In this document: one piece after another, positions 45,777 to 54,189 of the stretch | Numbering within the stretch: the stretch's first letter is position 1 | How the letters are laid out: each line of letters opens with the position of its first letter | NCBI GenBank assembly: GCA_020629695.1 | Contig: JAHDCV010000006.1 | Coordinates: forward strand, 23,003-87,002 | From: Acidimicrobiales bacterium | GTDB lineage: Bacteria > Actinomycetota > Acidimicrobiia > Acidimicrobiales > SZUA-35 | Length of the DNA stretch: 64,000 nt | Direction of reading: 5' to 3' | The notes under the pieces: generated by a model | What the model saw: the letters and a program-made list of their open reading frames with translations, nothing else | What the model was told of the DNA's origin: nothing | The model's database searches: none | Position numbers and translations under genes: made by a program

Positions 45777-47101
45777 GACGGCAGATACCGCTCCAGCTCC
45801 CATCGGGTGACGTTGGACTTGTAGTCCCACCACTCGGCGCGCTTGTTGCGCAGGAACCACTCGAAGACGTGATCTCCGAGGGCGTCGTGGACGAGCTCCG
45901 AGCCCTCCATGACCTCCAGCGCCTCGGCCAGTGATTGCGGCAGCGGTTCGTAGCCGAGATCCGTGATCTGTCGAGGCGAGAGGTCGTACAGGTTCTCGGT
46001 CGCTTCATCGGGCAGGTCGTAGCCCTCGCTGATTCCCTTCAGACCGGCGGCCAGGATCACCGAGAACGCCAGGTACGGGTTGCAGGCGGGGTCCGGCGAT
46101 CGGTACTCGATGCGGGTGGACGAGGTCTTCTCCGCCTTCGTCACGGGCACCCGGACGAGTGCCGAGCGGTTGTTCTGCGCCCACGAGATCCACGTGGGCG
46201 CCTCGAAGCCGACCACGAGACGCTTGTACGAATTGACGAGCTGGTTGGTGACGGCCGTGATCTCGCGTGCATGGCGCAGCAGGCCGGCGGTGAACTGTCG
46301 GCCGATCGGCCCGAGGCCGTAGGGGCTCCCGGCGTCATGGAAGGCGTTGACGTCGTCGTCGAACAGCGAGAGGTGCAGGTGCATGCCGGATCCCTGCACG
46401 TCCGCCAACGGCTTCGGCATGAACGAGGCGTAGGTGCCCCGCTCCATGGCCAGCTCCCTGACGATGAGCCGGAACGTCATGATCTGGTCGGCCATCGTGA
46501 GCGCGTCGGTGTAGCGAAGGTCGATCTCGTGCTGCGACGGGGCGTCCTCGTGGAACGAGTACTCGACCGGGATGCCCATCTGCTCGAGCACCGAGAGGGT
46601 CTGTCGGCGCAGATCCGACGCGACGTCGGAGGTGGTCAGGTCGAAGTAGGAGCCGGAGTCGAGCAACTTCGGGCCGTCGGTCGGATCACCGTCGGCGAAG
46701 TAGAAGAACTCCATCTCGGGGGCGACCATGAACTCGTGTCCCGCCGCCCGGGCGACGTCGAGGTTGCGGCGGAGGATCTGCCGCGGGTCTCCGTCGAAGG
46801 GGGCCCCGTCGGGCTGGTGGATGTCACAGAACATCCGGGCCGAGCTTCCGCCGTCGGCCCAGGGAAGCAACTCGAACGTCGAGGGATCCGGGATCGCGAG
46901 GACGTCGTTCTCCTGCACGCGGGAGAAACCGTCGACGGCCGAACCGTCGAAGTGCAGCCCTTCCTCGAAGGCGGTCTCGAGTTCGATCGGGGAGATCGCC
47001 ACCGACTTGAGCTGGCCGAGAACGTCGGTGAACCACAGACGCACCAGCTTGACCTGGCGTTCTTCGACGGCCCGCAGGACGTATTCGTGTTGTCGTTCCA
47101 C
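45770..47101 (-). CDS. glnA2: Glutamine synthetase family protein (GlnA2-like)
   Basis: VRLWFTDVLGQLKSVAI, FDGS, PEMEFFYF, HEDAPSQHEIDL, FMPKP, GSGMH, RIEYRSPD. Confidence 0.85.
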   Translation of the reverse strand: MERQHEYVLRAVEERQVKLVRLWFTDVLGQLKSVAISPIELETAFEEGLHFDGSAVDGFSRVQENDVLAIPDPSTFELLPWADGGSSARMFCDIHQPDGAPFDGDPRQILRRNLDVARAAGHEFMVAPEMEFFYFADGDPTDGPKLLDSGSYFDLTTSDVASDLRRQTLSVLEQMGIPVEYSFHEDAPSQHEIDLRYTDALTMADQIMTFRLIVRELAMERGTYASFMPKPLADVQGSGMHLHLSLFDDDVNAFHDAGSPYGLGPIGRQFTAGLLRHAREITAVTNQLVNSYKRLVVGFEAPTWISWAQNNRSALVRVPVTKAEKTSSTRIEYRSPDPACNPYLAFSVILAAGLKGISEGYDLPDEATENLYDLSPRQITDLGYEPLPQSLAEALEVMEGSELVHDALGDHVFEWFLRNKRAEWWDYKSNVTRWELERYLPSW

Positions 47102-47131
47102 GGCTCCGAGGGTGTCAGGGCTTCCGCCCGG

Positions 47132-47168
47132 CTCACAAGGGCAATTGCCCGTTTCACATTCCGTTCAC
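47132..47168. promoter_or_regulatory. Candidate GlnR-type direct repeats and a palindrome in the glnA2/glnII divergent promoter
   Basis: TTCAC-N6-TTCAC (47153-47168, 11-bp period), CTCAC at 47132, and perfect palindrome GGGCAATTGCCC at 47139-47150. Confidence 0.45.
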
Positions 47169-47241
47169 ACACAGAGCGTGTGGGATCGGGTCCCGAACCG
47201 GTTTGCTGGTATGAGCACACCATTCATGAAGGAGTCCCCCC

Positions 47242-48255
47242 ATGGCGTACAGGGCCGAATACATCTGGATCGACGGCACCGAGCCGACCCGTGAGGTCCG
47301 CTCGAAGACGAAGATCCTGGCCGACGGAGCCGAACCCGGACTCTGGGGCTTCGACGGTTCGTCCACCAACCAGGCCACCGGCGACAACTCCGATGTCGTC
47401 CTCCAGCCCGTCTTCCAGTGCCCGGACCCGATCCGTGGTGGCGACGACATCCTCGTGTTGTGCGAGACGGCACTCACCGCGGACCTCAGCCCGCACCCGA
47501 CCAACACCCGTGCCGCTGCCCGTGAGGCGCTCGAGAAGTACGGCGATCAGGAGCCGTGGTTCGGTCTCGAGCAGGAGTACACCCTTCTCGACCCGATCAC
47601 CGGTTGGCCCGCCGGCTTCCCCGCCGGTGGGTTCCCCGCCCCGCAGGGTCCGTACTACTGCGGCGTCGGCGCCGTGAAGATCCACGGTCGTGAGCTCATC
47701 GAGGCCCACACCACCGCCTGCATGCAGGCCGGCCTGAAGATCTCCGGCACCAACGCCGAGGTCATGCCGGGTCAGTGGGAGTTCCAGATCGGCCCCGCCG
47801 ACACCGTCGAGGTGGGCGACCACCTCTGGATGGCCCGCTACCTGCTGTTCCGCCTCGCCGAGAACTACGGCGTGGAGGTCTCGATCGAGGCCAAGCCGAT
47901 GAAGGGCGACTGGAACGGCGCCGGCATGCACACCAACTTCTCGACCACCGCCATGCGTGAGGGCTACGACGCCATCACCGCCGCCTGCGAGGCGATGGGT
48001 GCCGAGGGCGTGCCCGAGAAGCACCTCAAGGGTTATGGCGTCGGCATCGAGGATCGCCTCACCGGCGCCCACGAGACCCAGCGCTTCGACCAGTTCAGCT
48101 ACGGCGTGTCCGATCGCGGCGCCTCGATCCGGATCCCGTGGCAGGTGGCCCAGGATGGCAAGGGCTACATCGAGGACCGTCGCCCGAACGCCAACGCCGA
48201 CCCGTATGTGGTCGCCACGCTGCTCACCAACACGATCTGCAGCGCACTGGCCTGA
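47242..48255 (+). CDS. glnII: Glutamine synthetase type II
   Basis: AEYIWIDG, RSKT, WGFDGSSTNQA, WFGLEQEY, NAEVMPGQWEFQIG, DWNGAG.HTNFS, DRGASIRIP, EDRRP. Confidence 0.95.
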   Translation: MAYRAEYIWIDGTEPTREVRSKTKILADGAEPGLWGFDGSSTNQATGDNSDVVLQPVFQCPDPIRGGDDILVLCETALTADLSPHPTNTRAAAREALEKYGDQEPWFGLEQEYTLLDPITGWPAGFPAGGFPAPQGPYYCGVGAVKIHGRELIEAHTTACMQAGLKISGTNAEVMPGQWEFQIGPADTVEVGDHLWMARYLLFRLAENYGVEVSIEAKPMKGDWNGAGMHTNFSTTAMREGYDAITAACEAMGAEGVPEKHLKGYGVGIEDRLTGAHETQRFDQFSYGVSDRGASIRIPWQVAQDGKGYIEDRRPNANADPYVVATLLTNTICSALA

Positions 48256-48277
48256 TCGCCCTCCAAGCGGTTGCAAC

Positions 48278-48320
48278 CGAGCCGGGTCCACGTCGTCGTG
48301 GGTCCGGCTCGTGCCGTTTT
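48278..48320 (+). terminator. Intrinsic terminator after glnII
   Basis: CGAGCCGG...CCGGCTCG extended stem followed by TGCCGTTTT. Confidence 0.65.
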
Positions 48321-48422
48321 CGCCAGGATTTCTTTCCGGATCGCTCCTCGTCCCCTCACGGGCTCCTAACAGAACCCGTCGATGGTTTCGGTGTCCCCCG
48401 ACATCAACAGGAGCACAATCCG

Positions 48423-49253
48423 ATGAACCCCACCCCCACCAAGTCCTTCCGCAAGGCCGGCACGGCCGCCATCCTCGGCGGCGCCATGCTCACCGGCGCA
48501 CTCTTCCTCCCCTCGGTCGCCGGTGCGCAGGAGACCGACGGATCCGACGCCACCGAGAGCCCCACCCCTGAGGGTCGCCAGGAGCGTCGGGCCGAGCGTC
48601 GGGCCGCCTTCGTCGCCACCCTCGAAGGCCTCGGCATCTCGAGCGATGCCGTCGAGACCGGTCGGCAGGCGGGTCAGACCCTCGCTCAGATCGCCGAAGC
48701 CGAAGGCGTCGGCCGCGCCGACCTCGTCGACGGACTGGTCGACGCCGCCGAGGAGCGTCTGGCCGCCGCGGTGGCCGACGGCAACCTCACCGAGGACGAG
48801 GCAGCGGAGAAGCTGGCGGGGCTCGCCGACAAGATCGATGCGCGGGTCGACGCCGAGCCCGGTGATCGCCGGGCAGGCGGCGGCGAGCGCATCCAGGGGC
48901 TCGCCGACACGCTCGGGCTGAGCGTCGAGGAGCTGCGAGCGGCTTCGGCCGAGGGTCAGACCCTCGCCGAGATCGCCGCCGCCCAGGGCATCTCCGAGGC
49001 GACCCTGGTCGACTCCCTCGTCGCCGGACTGACCGAGAAGGTCGATGCAGCCGTCGAGGCCGGTCGTCTCGACGCCGACGAGGCGGCCGAGAAGTTGGTC
49101 GAGGCCGAGGAGCGCATCGCCGAGGCCGTGAACGCCGAGCCGGGTGAGCGCCCGGTCCGTGAGCGCATCAAGGAGCGCATCGGCCGCAACGACCGCACCC
49201 GCCCGAGCGACGCCCCCGCCGACGGCGCCACCGACACCGGACTCGACGCTTGA
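48423..49253 (+). CDS. Secreted alpha-helical protein with two 94-aa internal repeats
   Basis: Signal peptide (..VAGA-QE); repeats GQTLA.IA...G....LVD.LV.....AAV..G.L..DEAAEKL; AGGAG RBS. Confidence 0.8.
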   Translation: MNPTPTKSFRKAGTAAILGGAMLTGALFLPSVAGAQETDGSDATESPTPEGRQERRAERRAAFVATLEGLGISSDAVETGRQAGQTLAQIAEAEGVGRADLVDGLVDAAEERLAAAVADGNLTEDEAAEKLAGLADKIDARVDAEPGDRRAGGGERIQGLADTLGLSVEELRAASAEGQTLAEIAAAQGISEATLVDSLVAGLTEKVDAAVEAGRLDADEAAEKLVEAEERIAEAVNAEPGERPVRERIKERIGRNDRTRPSDAPADGATDTGLDA

Positions 49254-49427
49254 TCGGCTGAGCCCGACCGCAGCCGATGGAGCTGCGGATCCCCTCCACC
49301 CCGACGATGCCCCGGTTCCTCCCCCGCCGGTGGGCTCTCGTCGTCCCCCGCTGCCCCGACCCCCGGTCGGGGCATCGGTGCGTTATCCCAGGGGAGCTGG
49401 GGCGGCGGTGCCGGTAGTTTGGTGGTC

Positions 49428-51143
49428 ATGCGCCGCCTGCGGATCGCCGCCTGCCAGATCAACACCGTCGTCGGGGATCTGGAGGGCAACCTCACCAAGA
49501 TCCTCGCGGAGCTCGAAGCCGCCGAGGCCGCCGGTGTCGACATCGCGGTGTTCCCCGAGCTGACGGTGTGTGGCTATCCGCCCGAGGACCTGCTCCTCAA
49601 GCCGGCGTTCGTCGAGGACTGCGCCGACGTCATCGACCGGTTGGCCGCTCGGGTCGGCGACTGTGCCGTCGCCGTCGGCACGGTCGAAGGCGACCGCGAC
49701 CTCTACAACGCCTCGGTACTGATCCACCGCGGCGAGATCGTGCTGTCGTACCGCAAGCGGCTGCTGCCGAACTATGCGGTGTTCGACGAACGCCGCTACT
49801 TCACGCCGGGCGACGAGCCGCTCTCCACGGTGTCGTTCCGTGGGGTCGAGGTCGCCATGACGATCTGCGAGGACATCTGGTCGCCCACCGGGCCCACCCA
49901 CGAGCTCGCCGCCGGCGGTGCCGAAGTCGTCCTGAACCTCAATGCCTCGCCCTACCGCGAGGGCAAGGCCGCCGACCGTGAGGTGATGCTGTCGACCCGG
50001 GCGGCCGACGCCTCGTGCACGGTCGTCTACGTCAACCAGGTCGGCGGGCAGGACGAGCTGGTCTTCGACGGTGGCTCGGTCGTGTTCGGCCACGAGGGTG
50101 AGCTGATCGCCCGGGCCCCGCTGTTCGTCGAGGACCAGATGGTCGTGGACCTGAACGTGATGCCCCGCTATCGGAAGCGCCGCCTCGATCCCCGTGGCCA
50201 GCAGCAGTCCGTGCCGGCGTTGCCGAGCCGAGCGCTGGAGACCCGCGCCGCCGCCGAGGGTCCGCTGCTCCGTCCCGAGCTGGCGGAGCTGCCCGATCGC
50301 TGGAACGAGATCTGGCAGGCGCTGGTGGTCGGCACCCGTGACTACGTCACGAAGAACGGCTTCTCCCATGTGGGCGTGGCACTGTCGGGCGGCATCGACT
50401 CGACCCTCGTCGTGGCCATCGCGACCGACGCCCTCGGTGCGGACAAGGTCCACGCGGTGCTCATGCCGTCGAGGTACTCCTCCGACCACTCCGTGACCGA
50501 CGCGATCGCCCTCTGCGAGAACCTCGGGGTCGAACACCGGACGGTGCCGATCGAACCGGCGCACGCTGCGTTCGAAGAGATGTTCGCACCGTCCTTCGGT
50601 GACCGGCCGGCCGATGTCACCGAGGAGAACGTCCAGTCGCGGGTGCGGGGCGTCACGATGATGGGGCTCTCGAACAAGCTCGGCTGGCTCATCCTCACCA
50701 CGGGCAACAAGTCGGAGATGTCCGTCGGGTACTCGACGCTCTACGGCGACACCGCTGGTGGCTTCGCCGTGATCTCCGACGTGTGGAAGGTCGACTGCTA
50801 CGACCTGTGCCGGTGGCGGAACGACCAGACCGAGGGCCCTTGGATCCCGGACGGCGTGCTCACCAAGGCGCCCTCGGCCGAACTGCGCCCCGACCAGCGT
50901 GACGATCAGAGCCTGCCGCCCTACGAGGTGCTCGATCCGATCCTCGAGGGCTACGTCGAACAGGACCGGACGGCGGCCGAACTGATCCAGGCCGGCCATG
51001 ACGAGGCCATCGTGCGCCGGATCGTGCGCCTCGTCGACATCGCCGAATACAAGCGTCGCCAGACTCCGCTCGGGATCCGGATCTCGTCGAAGGCGTTCGG
51101 TAGAGATCGGCGCATGCCGATCACGAATCGCTACCGACCCTGA
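49428..51143 (+). CDS. nadE: Glutamine-dependent NAD+ synthetase
   Basis: Nitrilase domain (FPEL, YRKRLLPNYAVFDE, ICEDIW) plus LSGGIDS, ENVQSR, TTGNKSE, PSAELRPDQ. Confidence 0.96.
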   Translation: MRRLRIAACQINTVVGDLEGNLTKILAELEAAEAAGVDIAVFPELTVCGYPPEDLLLKPAFVEDCADVIDRLAARVGDCAVAVGTVEGDRDLYNASVLIHRGEIVLSYRKRLLPNYAVFDERRYFTPGDEPLSTVSFRGVEVAMTICEDIWSPTGPTHELAAGGAEVVLNLNASPYREGKAADREVMLSTRAADASCTVVYVNQVGGQDELVFDGGSVVFGHEGELIARAPLFVEDQMVVDLNVMPRYRKRRLDPRGQQQSVPALPSRALETRAAAEGPLLRPELAELPDRWNEIWQALVVGTRDYVTKNGFSHVGVALSGGIDSTLVVAIATDALGADKVHAVLMPSRYSSDHSVTDAIALCENLGVEHRTVPIEPAHAAFEEMFAPSFGDRPADVTEENVQSRVRGVTMMGLSNKLGWLILTTGNKSEMSVGYSTLYGDTAGGFAVISDVWKVDCYDLCRWRNDQTEGPWIPDGVLTKAPSAELRPDQRDDQSLPPYEVLDPILEGYVEQDRTAAELIQAGHDEAIVRRIVRLVDIAEYKRRQTPLGIRISSKAFGRDRRMPITNRYRP

Positions 51144-51246
51144 CCGTTCCGGTGGGCGAAGGCACCCGTCGACCACGGCCCGCGCACAGCCAACCACCAC
51201 ACGTGCGGTAGTCTTCGGCGCGGGCGGTTCCGGGAGAACCTTGAGG

Positions 51247-52455
51247 ATGTCGATGCGTGATCGGTTGAAGAGCCGCCGCGGCCGCGCTGCCGCCCTGGCC
51301 CTGATCGTCCCCGCGCTCGTGTTCGTGGCCCCGGCGGTCGCACCTGCGGACGAGTTGTCCGACCTCCGGGAGCAGCGCAAGCAGGTCCAGGCCGAGGCCG
51401 CCGCACAGGCCGCCGTCGTCGACGGCTTGTCCGATGATCTCGAAGAGGTTCAGATCGCCCTGCGGACGCTCACCGTCTCGGTGAACGCGTTGGAGTTGAG
51501 CGTCGCCGAGGCCGAGGCCGCGCTCGTGGTCGCCCAGTCCGAGCTCACCGCAGCCGAGACGTCCCGCGCCGAGACGTCCTCGGCGATCGAGGAGCTCCAG
51601 CTCCAGCTCGAGACTCGAGCGATCGAGTCCTTCCAGTCGTTCGGCGAACGCACCGAGAGCGTGCTGACCGGGTCGGATCCGATCGACATCGTGCGACGGC
51701 AGGGGTTCGACAACGCGATCGCCCGAGGTGACGTCGACCTCGTCGAGGCGCTCCGCCAGGCCCGCGACGAGCTGGAGGCCGACGAAGCCCGCGCCGCCGC
51801 CGCCCGCCAGGAGGCCGTGCTGCTCGAAGAAGCGCTGGCCGAAGACGTCGCCTCGCTCGCTGTCGTGCGTGAGCAGCAGGAGGCCCTCGGTCAGGAGCTG
51901 ACCCTCCGCCTGCTCGAAGAGGAGGAGCGCCAGCGCGAGCTCGCCACGCAGGACGCGAACCTGGCGAACCAGATCTCGGCCGAGGAGGAGCGGATCCGCA
52001 AGGAACTCGAGGCCCGCCAGGCCGCCGGCGGAAGCGGCGGTGATCGCGGGCCGATTCCCGACTCGTCCGAGATCATCAAGGTCCGCGGGTTCTGGGTGCA
52101 TCAGTCGATCGAGTCGAACGTCGCCGCGATGATCGACGCCGCTGCCGCCGACGGCATCACCTTCGGCGGAGGTGGATGGCGCTCGTCGGCGTCGCAGATC
52201 GCGCTCCGCAAGGCGCACTGCGGCACGAGCGAGTACGCCATCTGGGAGATGCCCTCGTCGCAGTGTCGGCCGCCGACGGCCCGTCCGGGTGCGTCGATGC
52301 ACGAGCGTGGCCTCGCCCTCGACCTGACCTACGGGGGTCGGATCATCGGGAGCCGCAACAACGACGGCTACCGCTGGCTCGCCGCCAACGCGGCGAACTA
52401 CGGCTTCTTCAACCTGCCGTCGGAGCCGTGGCACTGGAGCACCAACGGCAAGTGA
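51247..52455 (+). CDS. Secreted coiled-coil protein with M15/VanY D,D-carboxypeptidase domain
   Basis: Signal peptide, long coiled coil, WRS...Q, ARPGASMHERGLALD (SxH...D), EPWHWS. Confidence 0.88.
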   Translation: MSMRDRLKSRRGRAAALALIVPALVFVAPAVAPADELSDLREQRKQVQAEAAAQAAVVDGLSDDLEEVQIALRTLTVSVNALELSVAEAEAALVVAQSELTAAETSRAETSSAIEELQLQLETRAIESFQSFGERTESVLTGSDPIDIVRRQGFDNAIARGDVDLVEALRQARDELEADEARAAAARQEAVLLEEALAEDVASLAVVREQQEALGQELTLRLLEEEERQRELATQDANLANQISAEEERIRKELEARQAAGGSGGDRGPIPDSSEIIKVRGFWVHQSIESNVAAMIDAAAADGITFGGGGWRSSASQIALRKAHCGTSEYAIWEMPSSQCRPPTARPGASMHERGLALDLTYGGRIIGSRNNDGYRWLAANAANYGFFNLPSEPWHWSTNGK

Positions 52456-52459
52456 ACCC

Positions 52460-52490
52460 TTGACCTCGAGTCGACTCGAGGTCCTACGTT
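52460..52490 (+). promoter_or_regulatory. MerR/SoxR-type promoter with operator
   Basis: -35 TTGACC, 19-bp spacer, -10 TACGTT; perfect 22-bp palindrome GACCTCGAGTCGACTCGAGGTC at 52462-52483. Confidence 0.85.
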
Positions 52491-52497
52491 CCTCACC

Positions 52498-52812
52498 ATG
52501 GCGGACAACCCCGGAATGCCGGTCACCTGCACGCTCCAGCCGTCGTCGGTCGAGGATCGACTGGCAGCGTGGTGGGCGCTCGCGGCGGACTCGATCCGCC
52601 GGCGATCCGTCCCCGATGGCACCGTGCTGACGTTTCCCGCCCCGCTCGCCGCGACCGTCGAGGACCTCGTCGAGAGCGAACGCGCCTGCTGCGGCTTCCT
52701 CTCCTTCGAGCTGCGCGCCGCCGCCGGCGCGATCGAGCTCCACATCACCTCGTCGAGCGCCGGCGGCCGAGAGGTGATCGAGCTGCTGGTCGGCGTGGAC
52801 GCCGGCGGATGA
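52498..52812 (+). CDS. Small Cys-containing protein of the type associated with MerR regulators
   Basis: VTCTL...ESERACCGFLSF; starts 7 nt after the -10 hexamer. Confidence 0.75.
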   Translation: MADNPGMPVTCTLQPSSVEDRLAAWWALAADSIRRRSVPDGTVLTFPAPLAATVEDLVESERACCGFLSFELRAAAGAIELHITSSSAGGREVIELLVGVDAGG

Positions 52813-52880
52813 GGATCGGCGAGCTGGACCGGGCCTCCGGTTCGGGCCGGAAGGTGAGGGCTCCGACCCGCCATACTTGA
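52809..52880 (+). pseudogene. Truncated MerR-family regulator remnant
   Basis: MRIGELDRASG... (canonical MerR start) with ATGA overlap; stops after 23 codons. Confidence 0.6.
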
Positions 52881-52884
52881 GCCC

Positions 52885-54189
52885 ATGTCGTACGGGACCT
52901 CACTCTGGGCCGACGGAGTCGTCCACACCCCCCGCCCACCGCTGCCGGGAGATGCCGATGTCGACGTGGTCATCGTCGGGGCGGGCTACACCGGCCTGTG
53001 GACGGCCTGGCACATCCTGCGCCTCGCTCCGAACACCCGCGTGATGCTGCTCGAAGCCGAGCATGTCGGCTTCGGCGCCTCGGGTCGCAACGGCGGCTGG
53101 GCCATGGCCGAGCTGGCTCACGACTACGGCGACGACATGCACACCGCCCTCGTGCGCAACGTCGACGACATCGAGGCAGCCGTGGCCGACCAGGGGCTCG
53201 ACTGCGACTTCGCCCGCAGCGGCGAGCTGATGATGGCCCGGAATGCGGGTCAGGAGCGTCGGCTGAAGGCGGGCTTGGGTCCGGAGGACATCTGGCTCGA
53301 TGCCGACGAGGCCCGGGCCCGCATCAACGCCACCGACATCCGTGGTGCGGTCCACGTGCCGCACACCGCCGTGGTGCACCCGGCCAAGCTCGCGCAGGAG
53401 GTCGCCCGCGTCGTCGAGGCCGCGGGCGGCGTCATCCACGAGGGGACCCGGGTCACCGAGATCGACGAGGGTCGGGTCACGACCGAGCACGGCACCGTGC
53501 GTTGCGAGCAGGTCGTGATCGCCACCGAGGCCTACACCGTCGATCTGCCGGGCCACGAGCGTTCGCTCATCCCGCTCTACTCGCTCATGGTCGCCACCGA
53601 GCCGCTGAGCGACGAGCAGTGGGACGACATCGGGCTCGCGGGTCGTGAGTTGTTCGCCGACGCCCGCTTCCGCATCATCTACGGGCAGCGCACCGCCGAT
53701 GGCCGCCTGGCCTTCGGCGGTCGGAGCGCCGACTACCGATTCCGGTCGGCCATCTCGACCGAAGCGGAGAACGATCCGACGAACTCGAATCTGGCCTCGA
53801 CCGTGCTGTTCGAGCTCTTCCCGCAGCTCGAGGGAACCCGGATCACCCACCGGTGGGGCGGGGTGCTCGGCGTGCCCCGCAACTGGAAGCCGGCGGTCTC
53901 GATCGACCCGGCGCGGAGGATCCACCGGGCCGGTGGTTACGTCGGCGACGGGGTCGCCGCGACCCATCTGGCCGGGCGAACCCTGGCCCACGCGATCACG
54001 GGGATCGATGACGAATGTCTCCGGTTGCCGTGGGTGCGGCCATGGAGCCGGAACTGGCCGGTCGAGCCCTTCCGCTACACGGGGTACCGCCTCGGTGCCG
54101 AGTTCTTCCTCGCCGCCGATCGCCTCGAGTTCCGTGGACTGCCGGGGAGTCGGCTCTCGAGCTTCGTCTGGAACGTGCTCCGCCGGTGA
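52885..54189 (+). CDS. FAD-dependent oxidoreductase (DAO/PuuB-like)
   Basis: IVGAGYTGLWTA, GASGRNGGW, VHPAKL, YGQRTADGR, GGYVGDGV. Confidence 0.88.
   Translation: MSYGTSLWADGVVHTPRPPLPGDADVDVVIVGAGYTGLWTAWHILRLAPNTRVMLLEAEHVGFGASGRNGGWAMAELAHDYGDDMHTALVRNVDDIEAAVADQGLDCDFARSGELMMARNAGQERRLKAGLGPEDIWLDADEARARINATDIRGAVHVPHTAVVHPAKLAQEVARVVEAAGGVIHEGTRVTEIDEGRVTTEHGTVRCEQVVIATEAYTVDLPGHERSLIPLYSLMVATEPLSDEQWDDIGLAGRELFADARFRIIYGQRTADGRLAFGGRSADYRFRSAISTEAENDPTNSNLASTVLFELFPQLEGTRITHRWGGVLGVPRNWKPAVSIDPARRIHRAGGYVGDGVAATHLAGRTLAHAITGIDDECLRLPWVRPWSRNWPVEPFRYTGYRLGAEFFLAADRLEFRGLPGSRLSSFVWNVLRR

Noticed and set aside
49383-49391. DnaA-box-like TTATCCCAG
   Set aside because: Single imperfect match with no cluster or origin context.
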